Positions 47,737-57,953 of a stretch of 64,000 nt of DNA are shown here, one piece after another. Source of the stretch: Nitrososphaerota archaeon. GTDB taxonomy: Archaea; Thermoproteota; Nitrososphaeria; Conexivisphaerales; DTJL01. The stretch is taken from contig JAJPJS010000016.1 of NCBI GenBank assembly GCA_021324115.1, forward strand, positions 76,376 through 140,375, read 5' to 3'. The translations under genes and the position numbers were made by a program. Under the pieces are notes generated by a model. It was not told where the DNA came from. It saw only the letters and a list, made by a program, of their open reading frames with translations, and made no database searches. Position 1 is the first letter of the stretch. Each line of letters starts with the position of its first letter.

Positions 47737-49245
47737 GTGGACTCATCAGCGCCCTTTTGCTCGGACTGCTTTTCACATAATCAACTGAAGAACCGCAAAA
47801 TTAAGAAGCCTTCCAAGTTACCCTCAACATTCTTGTCGGCAAGATACACAGTCCTATCCGTCACCACGCTTGGCGCTCTCATGGCGGCCATAGATTCCAC
47901 GGTGGTTTATCTGGCGATTCCAGCCATGGAGCGCTACTTTGGCTCGGGCATAGCGTACCTGTCCCTTGTCATCGTAGCCTACCTGATAGCCTCCACTGCG
48001 ATGATGATACCCGTTGGCAGCATCGCCACAAGATTCGGAAGACGCAAGATATACCTTCTGGGTTTCCTCATCTATACCGTTGCTTCAGGACTAATCGCGG
48101 CGTCCCCGAGCATAATACTTGTTGTCATACTTAGGGCGGCCCAAGGGACGGGCGCCGGAATAATGGGGACCCAGGGGATTCCCATTCTTCTGTCCGCATT
48201 CCCACCAAATGAAAGAGGACGGGCCGTCGGTATAAACTCTACTTCCTGGGCGATCGGAACGCTCGTAGGACCCATACTCGGTGGGTTACTCGTCATTTTT
48301 GACTGGCGGTATGTGTTTCTGATAAACATACCGATCGGTGTTGTCGCGCTGGTGCTGGGCTTTTTCAGGGTTCCCAAGGATGAAGGTCTGCCCACTGCAA
48401 AAGTAAGCTATTCCAACGTGCTCGGCTTCATACTGTTTCTGGTTCCTCTGACTGCGGGCATATCATTTTACAGCCTGCCCCTCATCTTTGCAGGCGTCGC
48501 ACTCATCCCCCTGTTCCTCGCTCTGGAAAGGCGAAACAACCTGGTTCCTCATGAACTTCTGAAAAACAGCAGGTACTACCCGATTCTGGGAGCATCCACC
48601 CTCCAGGCGCTCGCCTTCTTCGGCCTCATCTATGCACTTAGCCTGTACCTTCAATATGACCTCGGCTTTTCGCCTGTTTCGGCTGCGTTGGTCCTTGTGG
48701 CATATCCACTCACTTCGATCGTTTCGACTCCCCTTGGCGGCTATCTGCTGGACAGGACCCACAGAGGCGGGCTTCTGATGGCAACGGGTCTTGCCTTGCA
48801 GGGTGTCTCGACCCTGTTTCTGTCGACACAGTTGGGAACCCCCTCGGGATTCGTTACATCACTTCTTCTTGCCATATCCGGAGTAGGAGGCTCGATTTAC
48901 TGGGCAACTTCGACGACTCTTGCGGTCGACTCTGCCGGGTCAGCCTTCAGATCGATCGCCAGCAGCGCACTCTTCACGATCAGAAACATGATGCTGATTA
49001 TTGGCATTGCGTCCTTTCCTCTTTTCGTCGCCGGAACCAGCTCTGGAACTGTCAGCTCAATACTTTTTCTGCCCAACACCAGTCTGGACATACTGCACGC
49101 CACGGTTTACTATGTGACGATGATTGGTACACTATCCCTCGCCGCGATACCGTTTATCGTTCTGTACATATTTAGACGACGGGGAGACGAAAGAAACGTC
49201 AGGGACGAAAGCAACATGGGTTCAAACGGTTCTGGTCTGTTGTAG
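47737..49245 (+). CDS. MFS transporter (14-TMS DHA2/EmrB-like)
   Basis: LGALMAAIDSTVVYLAIPAM, SIATRFGRRKIYLLG (motif A) and about 14 hydrophobic segments. GTG start; exact start uncertain. Confidence 0.8.
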   Translation: MDSSAPFCSDCFSHNQLKNRKIKKPSKLPSTFLSARYTVLSVTTLGALMAAIDSTVVYLAIPAMERYFGSGIAYLSLVIVAYLIASTAMMIPVGSIATRFGRRKIYLLGFLIYTVASGLIAASPSIILVVILRAAQGTGAGIMGTQGIPILLSAFPPNERGRAVGINSTSWAIGTLVGPILGGLLVIFDWRYVFLINIPIGVVALVLGFFRVPKDEGLPTAKVSYSNVLGFILFLVPLTAGISFYSLPLIFAGVALIPLFLALERRNNLVPHELLKNSRYYPILGASTLQALAFFGLIYALSLYLQYDLGFSPVSAALVLVAYPLTSIVSTPLGGYLLDRTHRGGLLMATGLALQGVSTLFLSTQLGTPSGFVTSLLLAISGVGGSIYWATSTTLAVDSAGSAFRSIASSALFTIRNMMLIIGIASFPLFVAGTSSGTVSSILFLPNTSLDILHATVYYVTMIGTLSLAAIPFIVLYIFRRRGDERNVRDESNMGSNGSGLL

Positions 49246-49647
49246 CGTCATCTTAGGACCAGAAAATATTGCCAGAAGCCCGGTTACGAAACCAAGCAGA
49301 GCACCTACGAAGAATCCACCCATCGCTACGAAACTCGTGACCGATGCAACGAGAAGGATTGCTCCCCACAGAGCAGCCTGGCGCGGAGACCTGTACAGCA
49401 AGATCGAACTTATTATTACCACTGCTCCAGATATAATTCCAACAACAACGAAGCCGTAGTATGCCCCGATGGTAGCCATGTGGTAGCTGAAGCCGTATCC
49501 CCATCCATACATCATTCTGCCCATCCACTGGTAGCCCAGACCCATGGGGTAACTCCACCAGATCATCGAAAACAGCGCCCCCACGATTATGAGAAACCCT
49601 GAGGCAATTCCGAGCGAAAAGTATGTCGTCAGCTTCTCATCGTTCAT
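49222..49647 (-). CDS. small membrane protein rich in Gly/Tyr/Trp
   Basis: 141 aa with 4 TM segments. It is convergent with the MFS gene and overlaps its end. Confidence 0.5.
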   Translation of the reverse strand: MNDEKLTTYFSLGIASGFLIIVGALFSMIWWSYPMGLGYQWMGRMMYGWGYGFSYHMATIGAYYGFVVVGIISGAVVIISSILLYRSPRQAALWGAILLVASVTSFVAMGGFFVGALLGFVTGLLAIFSGPKMTLQQTRTV

Positions 49648-49895
49648 AAAATGTTCGACACCGCCAGTATATTTAGCGGTGCCTGTTCAAGTGTGCACAG
49701 ATGTATGCAGCACTTCGAGATGGAAGCTCCTTTTCAGAAAGGTATCGTCAATGAGTCATCAGGACTCTGGTCCTTTCATTTCAAAAGCATTGCCCGTAAG
49801 AAGGAATTTCAACGCAGATCGGCGATGGGAGGTCCCACACAATCATCTTCTGCGAGGGGCTTTCTTTTAAATACATCCGAATCGCCATCGAGGTC

Positions 49896-51098
49896 ATGAA
49901 ACTTCATACAGATGAAGGACTGAGAAACCAGTTTCCTGCCCTTTCTACGATGACGTACCTGGACAGTGCGGGTGCCGGCCTTCCATCAAGGCGAGTATCA
50001 AATGTAATGCAGAGACTCACTTTGGACTGGGCCTCCAAGGGGGAGAACTGGGAAGAATGGCTAATGGATGTGGTCAATACGAGGCGCGCATTCGCAAAGA
50101 TGATTGGCGGAAAGGCAGAAGAGGTGGGGGTGGTTCCGAGTGTCAGTGTGGGGCTCGCCTCGTTGGCATCGGCATTAAAGCTCAAGACAAGAAGAAAGGT
50201 TGTTACCAGCTCCCTAAACTTTCCCACAAACGTTGTTCTCTGGCAGAGAATGAAGGAAGCGGGACTTCTTCAGAATGTTACAGTTCTCAAGCACAGAAGA
50301 GGTCAGGTGCCTCTGGATGCCTGGGAGAAGTCAATCGATGACAAAACCGCAGTGGTGGCGGTTGACTACGTTTCCTGGTTTTCGGGGGCACGCGAGAACA
50401 TCCGAGAGATCACGGAAATAGCCCACAGGCATGGCGCGCTTGTTGTGGTGGATGCATTTCATGCCCTCTCGGTAATACCCCTTGACGTGGAGAGGGACGG
50501 GGTGGACATGTTGGCCTGTGGATTCTACAAATGGTTGTGCGGGCCACATGGCGCTGCGTGTGTATACGTCAGGCGGGACCTGCTTCAGGATTTCATGCCT
50601 TCATACATCGGTTGGCATGGAATCAGAGACAATGTGATCGAAAGGTTGATGCAGTCCCGGGACCCTTTTGATGTGCCGTTCGCCCTAGACAGAGGAACCC
50701 CTTCTGCCACAGCTGCAAGATTCGAATGGGGAACCTGGGCGCCTGGTGTGGTGGCCGGCGCCATGGAGGCGATGAAGTTTGCACTCGAGTTGGGGCTGGG
50801 GCCGAGGTTCGGTGAGATAAAAAAGAGGATGAATGAATTACGAGGCGGCCTTGAAAAGATAGGTCTGCGTAAGGCGATGCTGACGCCTTCGCCGGACGAA
50901 AATCAAGGGGCTGGAATTCTTACATTTGGCGTACGGGAGCACTCGGCATTCGTATCAGACCTGAGAAAGGAGGGAATCGTCGTGTCGGGAAGGTTCGATC
51001 ACGTCAGGATATCCCCGCACTTCTACAACACAGCAGAAGACGTAGAAAAATTGATTCAGGCAGTCAGAAGAATAATCAAGAAGAGAAAGACGCGGTGA
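49896..51098 (+). CDS. class V aminotransferase-fold PLP enzyme (cysteine desulfurase / selenocysteine lyase-like)
   Basis: YLDSAGAGLP, VVDAFHAL and the PLP-Lys context CGFYKWLCGPHG. Confidence 0.75.
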   Translation: MKLHTDEGLRNQFPALSTMTYLDSAGAGLPSRRVSNVMQRLTLDWASKGENWEEWLMDVVNTRRAFAKMIGGKAEEVGVVPSVSVGLASLASALKLKTRRKVVTSSLNFPTNVVLWQRMKEAGLLQNVTVLKHRRGQVPLDAWEKSIDDKTAVVAVDYVSWFSGARENIREITEIAHRHGALVVVDAFHALSVIPLDVERDGVDMLACGFYKWLCGPHGAACVYVRRDLLQDFMPSYIGWHGIRDNVIERLMQSRDPFDVPFALDRGTPSATAARFEWGTWAPGVVAGAMEAMKFALELGLGPRFGEIKKRMNELRGGLEKIGLRKAMLTPSPDENQGAGILTFGVREHSAFVSDLRKEGIVVSGRFDHVRISPHFYNTAEDVEKLIQAVRRIIKKRKTR

Positions 51099-51111
51099 AA
51101 GGATGGCACGG

Positions 51112-51963
51112 TCATAGAGATGGGGTTGGTGTTTCTCTTCCGGCGGGGAGACCGATAACAACAGTCTGCCCTTCATTGCCCATGAGCAACTTTTCACGGT
51201 AAAGCATATCGTACAGCACCGAATCGAAAAGGCTGGTAAACTGTTCTGAGAAGACCTTTCCGAATTCTCGTTCCAGCCTGCTCTTTGTCACTGGACCGAG
51301 CGTTTCGAGTCTGAAAATAATCCACTGTTCGATGTTGTTCCTAGCTTGAAGGAAATCCTTGTCGAACCTTATCGGTCCTCTTTTTCCTATTTGTACTCGA
51401 GCAACGACATGGTTCCCTTCTATTGAATCAAGTACAACCCTCATCTCCTTTGATTCGTCCGCGGGTTTCTGAGAAGCCCAGTCAATTTCGCCAATTCTTC
51501 TGGCGCCTGAAAAATCAGCTCGAATACCAGCCCGCGTGTCCGGATATGATTCACCTGAGTGGTTTTGGCCAGTCATCCTGTAACTCCACCCCTCCCACAA
51601 TCTGACATCCGCAAAAATCAGGACTCCGATCAAAGCCGTAATAATTGAAGAGAATGCGAGCAAAGAAAGCGGTGCTTCTCCTGCCTCGACTCCGCCAACT
51701 ATGTAGGAAACACCATGAAATTCGGCCTGCACCACCACCAGGCTGACTGCGCATATTACAAGAGCCGGTACTCCAACCAGTAATGGCGCCGGCCCCTTGC
51801 CCTGCCGGTTTCTTCCGGCGGCTCTTACCAGAATTATCAGTATTTCATAGGCTGCAAAGACTAGGGTGGCGATGAAAGTGAGCCAGATAAAAACGGAATT
51901 ATACACTCCGACATGTGTGCCAGATGAAAGTTGCCCGATCAATCCCGCAAGCGTCAGCAACAA
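51112..51963 (-). CDS. membrane protein with conserved unknown C-terminal domain (paralog of 35207-36181)
   Basis: Four or five TM helices, then KDFLQARNNIEQWIIFRLETLGPVTKSRLEREFGKVFSEQFTSLFDSVLYDMLYREKL. Confidence 0.6.
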   Translation of the reverse strand: MLLTLAGLIGQLSSGTHVGVYNSVFIWLTFIATLVFAAYEILIILVRAAGRNRQGKGPAPLLVGVPALVICAVSLVVVQAEFHGVSYIVGGVEAGEAPLSLLAFSSIITALIGVLIFADVRLWEGWSYRMTGQNHSGESYPDTRAGIRADFSGARRIGEIDWASQKPADESKEMRVVLDSIEGNHVVARVQIGKRGPIRFDKDFLQARNNIEQWIIFRLETLGPVTKSRLEREFGKVFSEQFTSLFDSVLYDMLYREKLLMGNEGQTVVIGLPAGRETPTPSL

Positions 51964-52221
51964 TTGAAATCAACACCTCTTATGACCATCAACAGTACTG
52001 GATTGATAGAAGGCATAAGTAGACTGGCTGGCTTCTCCAATTTAGGACTGCATTGGCCTATAACAAACTCTGTCTTAAACCTTAAAAATCTGGGCTAATG
52101 ATACACATTCTGGTTGCCTGTATCATGTATCATACACTGCATAATTTCCTGTCACACAATAAGTAAAAAAAACTAACAGTCTTTGCTGGCCAGTTCGGGC
52201 TGGGCTTATAATTCAACTTAA

Positions 52222-52617
52222 TTACATGAGCCAGAATTCGTTGCCATCGGGGTCGGCGATCATGGCATACTTGCCCCATCCATCATCCCGGAGGGACTTC
52301 GTGAGCCTCACCCCTGCCTTTTCAAGCTGCTTTGCGGTGCTTTCCAGATCGTCAGCTATGAATAGTATTCCAGTATTTCCGCTCTCTGCATTCTTGCTTT
52401 CACAGAGATGGAGCTCAAAATCCGAACCTTTCGGACCGACGGTGACCCAGTGACCTTCCGAGGATTTGATTTCAAATCCCAGGTTCTTGCTATACCACTC
52501 GGCACTTTTCTTGCCGTCAGAGACGACAACTGCTACAGACGAAATCTTGTTTATCATGCTGTTGGAAGCATGGATTCCGTTTTCTATATAGCCATTTCTT
52601 CGATATTCTTCCATCAC
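52222..52617 (-). CDS. glyoxalase/VOC-family protein
   Basis: VAVVVSDGKKSAEWYSKNLGFE ... IADPDGNEFWL. Confidence 0.75.
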   Translation of the reverse strand: MMEEYRRNGYIENGIHASNSMINKISSVAVVVSDGKKSAEWYSKNLGFEIKSSEGHWVTVGPKGSDFELHLCESKNAESGNTGILFIADDLESTAKQLEKAGVRLTKSLRDDGWGKYAMIADPDGNEFWLM

Positions 52618-52659
52618 GATTGGTGGAGCCCGCCCCTCAAACCATCCAGAACTTCCTCT

Positions 52660-53040
52660 TCAGAACAGTACATAGTGGCTTACAAGGTGCGCCCTGTATT
52701 CGGCTTCAAAGGTTGACACTTTCCCACAATGGGGACAAATCAGGACCCCCGGCAACTGCCCCGTTTTTCCCGTGGGCGACATTGCCCAAACCTTAGAACC
52801 CTCCGAAGTCGCTACAACGAAGATCCTCCCCGAATCGGTCTTTAATTCAAAGTTGTTTTGTCTCTCATTCGATAGGTACTGGGTGATGCAGCTCATCACC
52901 CTGGATACGTCATCTTCCTCTGCGTCATCGAGTATGACGCTTCTTGTCTTTACGATTGGAACCATTCCAGCACAGTCCCCCAGTGCATAGGCAAACTCAA
53001 GAAGTCTGTCTTGGGATGACGGAAATACCACCTCGAGCAT
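52660..53040 (-). CDS. hypothetical protein with C-terminal C2H2 zinc finger
   Basis: CPHCGKVSTFEAEYRAHLVSH fits C-x2-C-x12-H-x3-H. The ORF is open to 53100; the ATG at 53040 (MLEVVFPSS) is the likelier start. Confidence 0.5.
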   Translation of the reverse strand: MLEVVFPSSQDRLLEFAYALGDCAGMVPIVKTRSVILDDAEEDDVSRVMSCITQYLSNERQNNFELKTDSGRIFVVATSEGSKVWAMSPTGKTGQLPGVLICPHCGKVSTFEAEYRAHLVSHYVLF

Positions 53041-53261
53041 GATCACCCTATTAGAAACCCCGGTTATACGCATAGCCTTGCGGCAGCGTGCCCACCGCAT
53101 TCCCCTCTGGTTTTTTTACCACCAGATTGACTCTCCGTGCCGGCAACATCCACGGATCGCATGTTAATCTCCAACCAGCAGAATGAATAACAGCTCCTTG
53201 GGCTTTCCATCATCACCATAACCAATAAAACGGACATCGGGCAGAGCCAACCTCGACAGAT

Positions 53262-55103
53262 TTGGAACCGGATTCGCCGGATGCTCAAGTCGTGCAGCTA
53301 CAAAAGGTAGCCTCAAGGATAGGCGCTTCCCTCGATGGCATCGAGCGCGACGTGCTGAGGGAAGTGTCGGAAAGACTACAGCTTTGTGACTGCGATGGAA
53401 TTTCGGAGCTGACAGGCTGGGGTAGGCGGCAATCCGCCCGGATCGTAAAATTCTACTTTGAACTTCAAGCTGGGTCCTCCGAGAGACGAATACTGAAAAG
53501 TCCGGATGCAAGACGACTTGCGAAAGAAATACTTGAGCTCTTCTCGAGAAGAGCTTCGTCTCCGCTCGGCCGGAATCTTTTCCTGTTTTTGGCCCCATCC
53601 ATTGATGGCAGAATCATACAGGAAAGGCAGAATACAATCCGGTCCGTTCAGAAAGATCTCGGGCTACTGTCGGCTGACGCGATAAGGAAACTCAGGGTAG
53701 AGCTGGCTTCCCTCTCAATCGAGGGCCGTTCTAGGAAGAGGCAGGCTGCTATAGACGCCCCGATAATAGAGCACTACCTTGTCAGAAGGAAAATAATCGA
53801 CACAGCACTGCATCTTATGGATTCAACTCCTGAGCTATCACGACTCTTTTCAGATTCGGAAAGGAAGCTACTTGATGAAATAAGCAGGACCCTCGAAGAG
53901 TACTCAGGTTCAAAGATTGAGGATGCGGAGGCAATAATTTCAGATGCGGAACTTTCGATAAACGAAGAGTTCAGAAAAGCAAGACCGGACCCTGAAAGGG
54001 CGCGCAGTATCGTCCAGTCCCAGATTGATATCGTAACGAACTCGTTGAACCTGACCCAGGAAGAGGAATCCGCATTGAGGCGGGCGGCACTCGAAGGAAT
54101 GTCGGTGCCCTTTGAATTCGACAGGATAACCGTGAACCGTATTGTAGATCAATGGCAGGAGCGCATGGCTAGGGAAAGAGAACGGCGAATCTCTCTTGTT
54201 GAACAGAAGCTAATGAAATTCAGAAATGAATTGGAGAAGATCATACGAAGGTTAGTTTACGTTGATTTTTCCCTTGCAGTAGCCGAGCTCTCACAAAAAC
54301 ACAAGCTCAAATATGCCAGACTGGGCAGGAATGGCATTTCGTTTCTCAAGGGAAAGAATCTATTTCTTCTCGAGACGCTGGAAGGAAAGAGCGAAGTTGA
54401 ACCGGTCGACTACTCCATAGGTAGGACCAATTTACCTGTGGGAGCTAAACCGAGGAATGTGGTGATGCTGACAGGTGCAAACAGCGGGGGAAAGACCACT
54501 CTGCTGACAACAACGGCTTCCATCCATATTCTGACACTTTTTGGTCTCCCGGTCCCAGCCGAGGATGCCGAGGTGACCCCGATGCCAGTATACCTGTACA
54601 GGCGCAGGGTCACAAAAAAGATCGGAAGCCTGGAACAGGCACTGGGCTCTCTGATCCTGATATTCGGGGATAGGAGAAGAAAGCTGGTTCTTATGGATGA
54701 ATTCGAAGCCCTGACCGAGCCGGGTGCGGCCGGAAGAATACTGGCCGGAATCATAAACAAGGTAGCTGCGACCAGCAGCCTGCTTCTCCTGGTAACCCAT
54801 CTATCAAGAGAAACGCTCCCCCATGTAAAGTTGCCAATCAGGGTGGACGGAATCGAGGCCAAGGGACTGGATACAAATGGTGAACTGATAGTAAAGCGGC
54901 AGCCTGTCTTTGACCACATCGGTTCCAGCACGCCAAAATTGATAATCATGAAACTGGCGAACAGCTCGAAGGGAAAGGGAGGGGAATTGTATAGAAGCCT
55001 GCTTTCTTCCCTCGAAGATGAAGGGTCGACCCCCGTTCAGACCCCGATTGCGCTGCCCTGGCTCTCCGAAGGCGCACCTTCTTCTGGAGAAAATGGTATG
55101 TGA
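53262..55103 (+). CDS. MutS-related ATPase (MutS domain V only; no recognisable mismatch-binding or Smr domain)
   Basis: VVMLTGANSGGKTTLLTT (Walker A), LVLMDEFEALTEPGAAG (Walker B), LLLVTHL. It has a long coiled N-terminal half. TTG start; start uncertain. Confidence 0.7.
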   Translation: MEPDSPDAQVVQLQKVASRIGASLDGIERDVLREVSERLQLCDCDGISELTGWGRRQSARIVKFYFELQAGSSERRILKSPDARRLAKEILELFSRRASSPLGRNLFLFLAPSIDGRIIQERQNTIRSVQKDLGLLSADAIRKLRVELASLSIEGRSRKRQAAIDAPIIEHYLVRRKIIDTALHLMDSTPELSRLFSDSERKLLDEISRTLEEYSGSKIEDAEAIISDAELSINEEFRKARPDPERARSIVQSQIDIVTNSLNLTQEEESALRRAALEGMSVPFEFDRITVNRIVDQWQERMARERERRISLVEQKLMKFRNELEKIIRRLVYVDFSLAVAELSQKHKLKYARLGRNGISFLKGKNLFLLETLEGKSEVEPVDYSIGRTNLPVGAKPRNVVMLTGANSGGKTTLLTTTASIHILTLFGLPVPAEDAEVTPMPVYLYRRRVTKKIGSLEQALGSLILIFGDRRRKLVLMDEFEALTEPGAAGRILAGIINKVAATSSLLLLVTHLSRETLPHVKLPIRVDGIEAKGLDTNGELIVKRQPVFDHIGSSTPKLIIMKLANSSKGKGGELYRSLLSSLEDEGSTPVQTPIALPWLSEGAPSSGENGM

Positions 55104-55284
55104 CCTTCTGCGATGCCCAGACCAGATAGATTCATGTAAATCGGACTCAAAGAGAGGACGGAACGAATAGTATTCATCGCATTACAGAAAAAGTCACAGC
55201 GAAGTCATGAGACGGAAGACACTGCGACTGAACATGTTCGACCCAAACCAGAGTCCTAAAATCTGTTTCTTGGCATAATCATAA

Positions 55285-56112
55285 ATGAGCGAAGAGGGAA
55301 GTCCGGGGAGTCAAGGTTTGCAGGGAAGAAGCGGCTGGGCGATACTGGAAAAGAAGTGGGTGGAACTTGCTTTCGTACTATTCATACTCGAAATCATACT
55401 CTTTTACGTGATCGCTTCAATTCCGATATCGAACTCCGAGGCGCAGTCCCTTTCCGCCTCTTACAATTCGGTGCAGGATTCCCTCCAGTCATCAAGCCTG
55501 TTCGGTCGGGCCGTTTTGATATTCGTGAACAACGTCAGAATAGCTTTGATGGAGATCATTCCTGTGTGGGGGGCGATACTATTCTCAATATCGACATACG
55601 CCACGTCAAGGACGGTAGAGGCGGTGGCTATCGTGCAGCCTGCGTCGGTGGCGCACCTGCCTGCCCAGGTCCTGATTACACTGCTCTTTTTGTTTCCTCA
55701 TAGCTGGCTTGAACTTCCGGCCTACGCGATCGCCCTCACTGAAAGCATCTTCCTGATCTACTCGGGTGTCACACACAACCTCGCTAACGAGTCAAAGAGA
55801 GCCTTCGCGGTCGTGGTGTTCGTGGTCATTCTTCTTTTCGTCGCTGCACTTTTCGAGTCGACGGAAATAACCTATCCCTCCTACGCCCTTGCACTGTGGG
55901 CTCCGGCTCTTGCGATTATCATCTGTGCTTACTTCTTCCTGAAGCGGTACTATGTGAGGGGCAGGAGTTCTGAACTGTCGCATGGCACCTATCAACAGGG
56001 AGACTTCCCCGGTCAGGCCGGGGGCTCCGATCAATCATCTGGTTTCATGTTGGAAGGTCAGGCTTCAGCAGTTCACAACTCAGCAGAACCGAAAGAGGAA
56101 ATACCAAGCTAA
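55285..56112 (+). CDS. SpoIIM/DUF95-like membrane protein
   Basis: FVNNVRIALMEIIPVWGAILFSI ... LFPHSWLELPAYAIALTES, with 5-6 TM segments. Confidence 0.6.
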   Translation: MSEEGSPGSQGLQGRSGWAILEKKWVELAFVLFILEIILFYVIASIPISNSEAQSLSASYNSVQDSLQSSSLFGRAVLIFVNNVRIALMEIIPVWGAILFSISTYATSRTVEAVAIVQPASVAHLPAQVLITLLFLFPHSWLELPAYAIALTESIFLIYSGVTHNLANESKRAFAVVVFVVILLFVAALFESTEITYPSYALALWAPALAIIICAYFFLKRYYVRGRSSELSHGTYQQGDFPGQAGGSDQSSGFMLEGQASAVHNSAEPKEEIPS

Positions 56113-56299
56113 CTAGGCATGAAGAGCAGCACGCTCGAGTTCTAGAAGACTGGAACTTATAAAATCCGACAATGAAACGTAAGGCATATTCAGCCAACTT
56201 GGACCAGTTCTAACTTCGAACGGTTATATCTTCTACCGGGCATGACCCTGTTGCATTGAGCGCGACGTTGGTCGTGAAAGGTGCAAGGTTGGGGTACCT

Positions 56300-56584
56300 G
56301 TGAAGCACGCAGCCGCAAATGAGACGGAAATCAGAGAGTTTCATAAAGCACTCGATGAGATCTCACAAAGGCTGAGGTCGGGAGAACTTTCCACGCCGCC
56401 GAAGTACTCGGAAGTGTTCGAGCGCGGCCTCATTCTCGTAAGACGTGTTTCTTCCATCGACCTGCAGCTGGCGAAGGAAATACTGCGAAACATGGTTGAG
56501 AGCAGCGTGGTACTGCTCCTTTCTTCAAGCCCAGAGCGGGGCGTGGTTACCGTAAAGATAGATGCAAGTACCAGTATACCCTGA
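56300..56584 (+). CDS. hypothetical small protein
   Basis: 94 aa with a GTG start; no motif. Confidence 0.35.
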   Translation: MKHAAANETEIREFHKALDEISQRLRSGELSTPPKYSEVFERGLILVRRVSSIDLQLAKEILRNMVESSVVLLLSSSPERGVVTVKIDASTSIP

Positions 56585-56960
56585 TAATGATAGCGCAGTG
56601 AACAGCTAAATTAGTAACCGTGGCGGTACACCACATTCTGGAATCCCACCTCAATGGTACCATATCTGGGTGGATAATGGATTCATGCGCCTGGTGACCC
56701 GCCATTATATGACCAGTTTTCGCTGCAGAGGTCACCGATATCTTGCCCCATCCGCGCAATGAAACCATGCCGGTTGGGGTCGTGGGATACCATACTGTTA
56801 TAAAGCAAGACTTTACATCTCATAGGCGCCCTTGTCAAAACACCAGGGGTCGTCATCAAAAGCAATTGTTCCAAAGAAGAGGGTTCCTGAGGGAGCACAC
56901 GCACCCTCGAAGCAGCCAGGGACAACAATTCAGACCAAGCAGTTGAATAAGCTTAACAGC

Positions 56961-57779
56961 ATGATAAAGATATTGCAGTTGAAGGCTTCAAAGCTGAATT
57001 CTGAGCTCAAAGACGCCGAGCGTAAGAGAAGGACGGCTACATTCGAACTTCAGAGAGCCATGAAACAGAGAGACTCTTTGAAGCGTTCCCTCATCGACCT
57101 TGAGAAGATCAAAAAGCGCAAGGAAGCCGAACTGAAGTCTGTTTCAGGTGAACTGGGAAAGGCAAAACACTCACTGGATACCATCAAGCAGATGACCAAG
57201 CAGACTGTCAAGGAAAGGAATGAAGCCTCAGCCGCCATTGCCAAGGCATCCAAAGAGCTAGAATCGGTCCAGAAGCAGCTCGTCGAGCTGAAAAGGAATT
57301 CGGAAGAGCTTTCCAGCAGTAATGCTGCACTTCAAATGAGGATGGATGAAACAACTTCGAAGATAAGGGATCTCCAGCTAACGGCCGCACTCTCTGATTT
57401 CTTCCTGGCAGCCGATATTGACGGCCTTGAAAAATGGATAGTCCAGGACACCCCCCTTGTCCTTGAATACATGAAGCAGGTGCGTGACAAACCTTACTTT
57501 GATGTGTATAGAGAATACCTCTACAGTAGATTGCTGAAGAAGGCTTATCGCCTCTATGAGTGCGCCAACTGCAAGAAGAGATTCAGAGCGGAATCTGGGG
57601 AGCCCAAGAGCTGCCCCTTCTGCGGACATACTGTGCTGAAATTGATCGATGTAGCAAGGGAGATCGTGCAGGAGCCGCCAAGTAGCAGGCTCATACTTCC
57701 GAAACCCGAAGAAAGACCGGAAGCAACAAAGCCAGCTGTCTCGGGCACCGACTATGAAGAATCGCCTGATATCCGGTGA
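56961..57779 (+). CDS. coiled-coil protein with C-terminal zinc ribbon
   Basis: About 170 aa of heptad-like Lys/Glu/Leu-rich sequence, then YECANCKKRF...CPFCGHTV. The ORF is open from TTG 56832; the first ATG is at 56961. Confidence 0.55.
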   Translation: MIKILQLKASKLNSELKDAERKRRTATFELQRAMKQRDSLKRSLIDLEKIKKRKEAELKSVSGELGKAKHSLDTIKQMTKQTVKERNEASAAIAKASKELESVQKQLVELKRNSEELSSSNAALQMRMDETTSKIRDLQLTAALSDFFLAADIDGLEKWIVQDTPLVLEYMKQVRDKPYFDVYREYLYSRLLKKAYRLYECANCKKRFRAESGEPKSCPFCGHTVLKLIDVAREIVQEPPSSRLILPKPEERPEATKPAVSGTDYEESPDIR

Positions 57780-57953
57780 GCTGGTCGGGCGCCCCGCTGG
57801 TTGTGCTGTCGGGGGAGCTCTGTGGCTGGGATAAAAGTACGGACTTTTATGGGTGTTTGCGTGTAGGCATCAGCCTTCAGCATGCGGGACGGTTCAATAT
57901 CACCCGCATTAGTGGTAGTCCTTGAAACATCAATACCAATAAGTTGGTAATTT

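Noticed and set aside
54410-54949. 179-aa minus-strand ORF inside the MutS-like gene.
   Set aside because: It is antisense to the Walker A/B region of a motif-supported gene.
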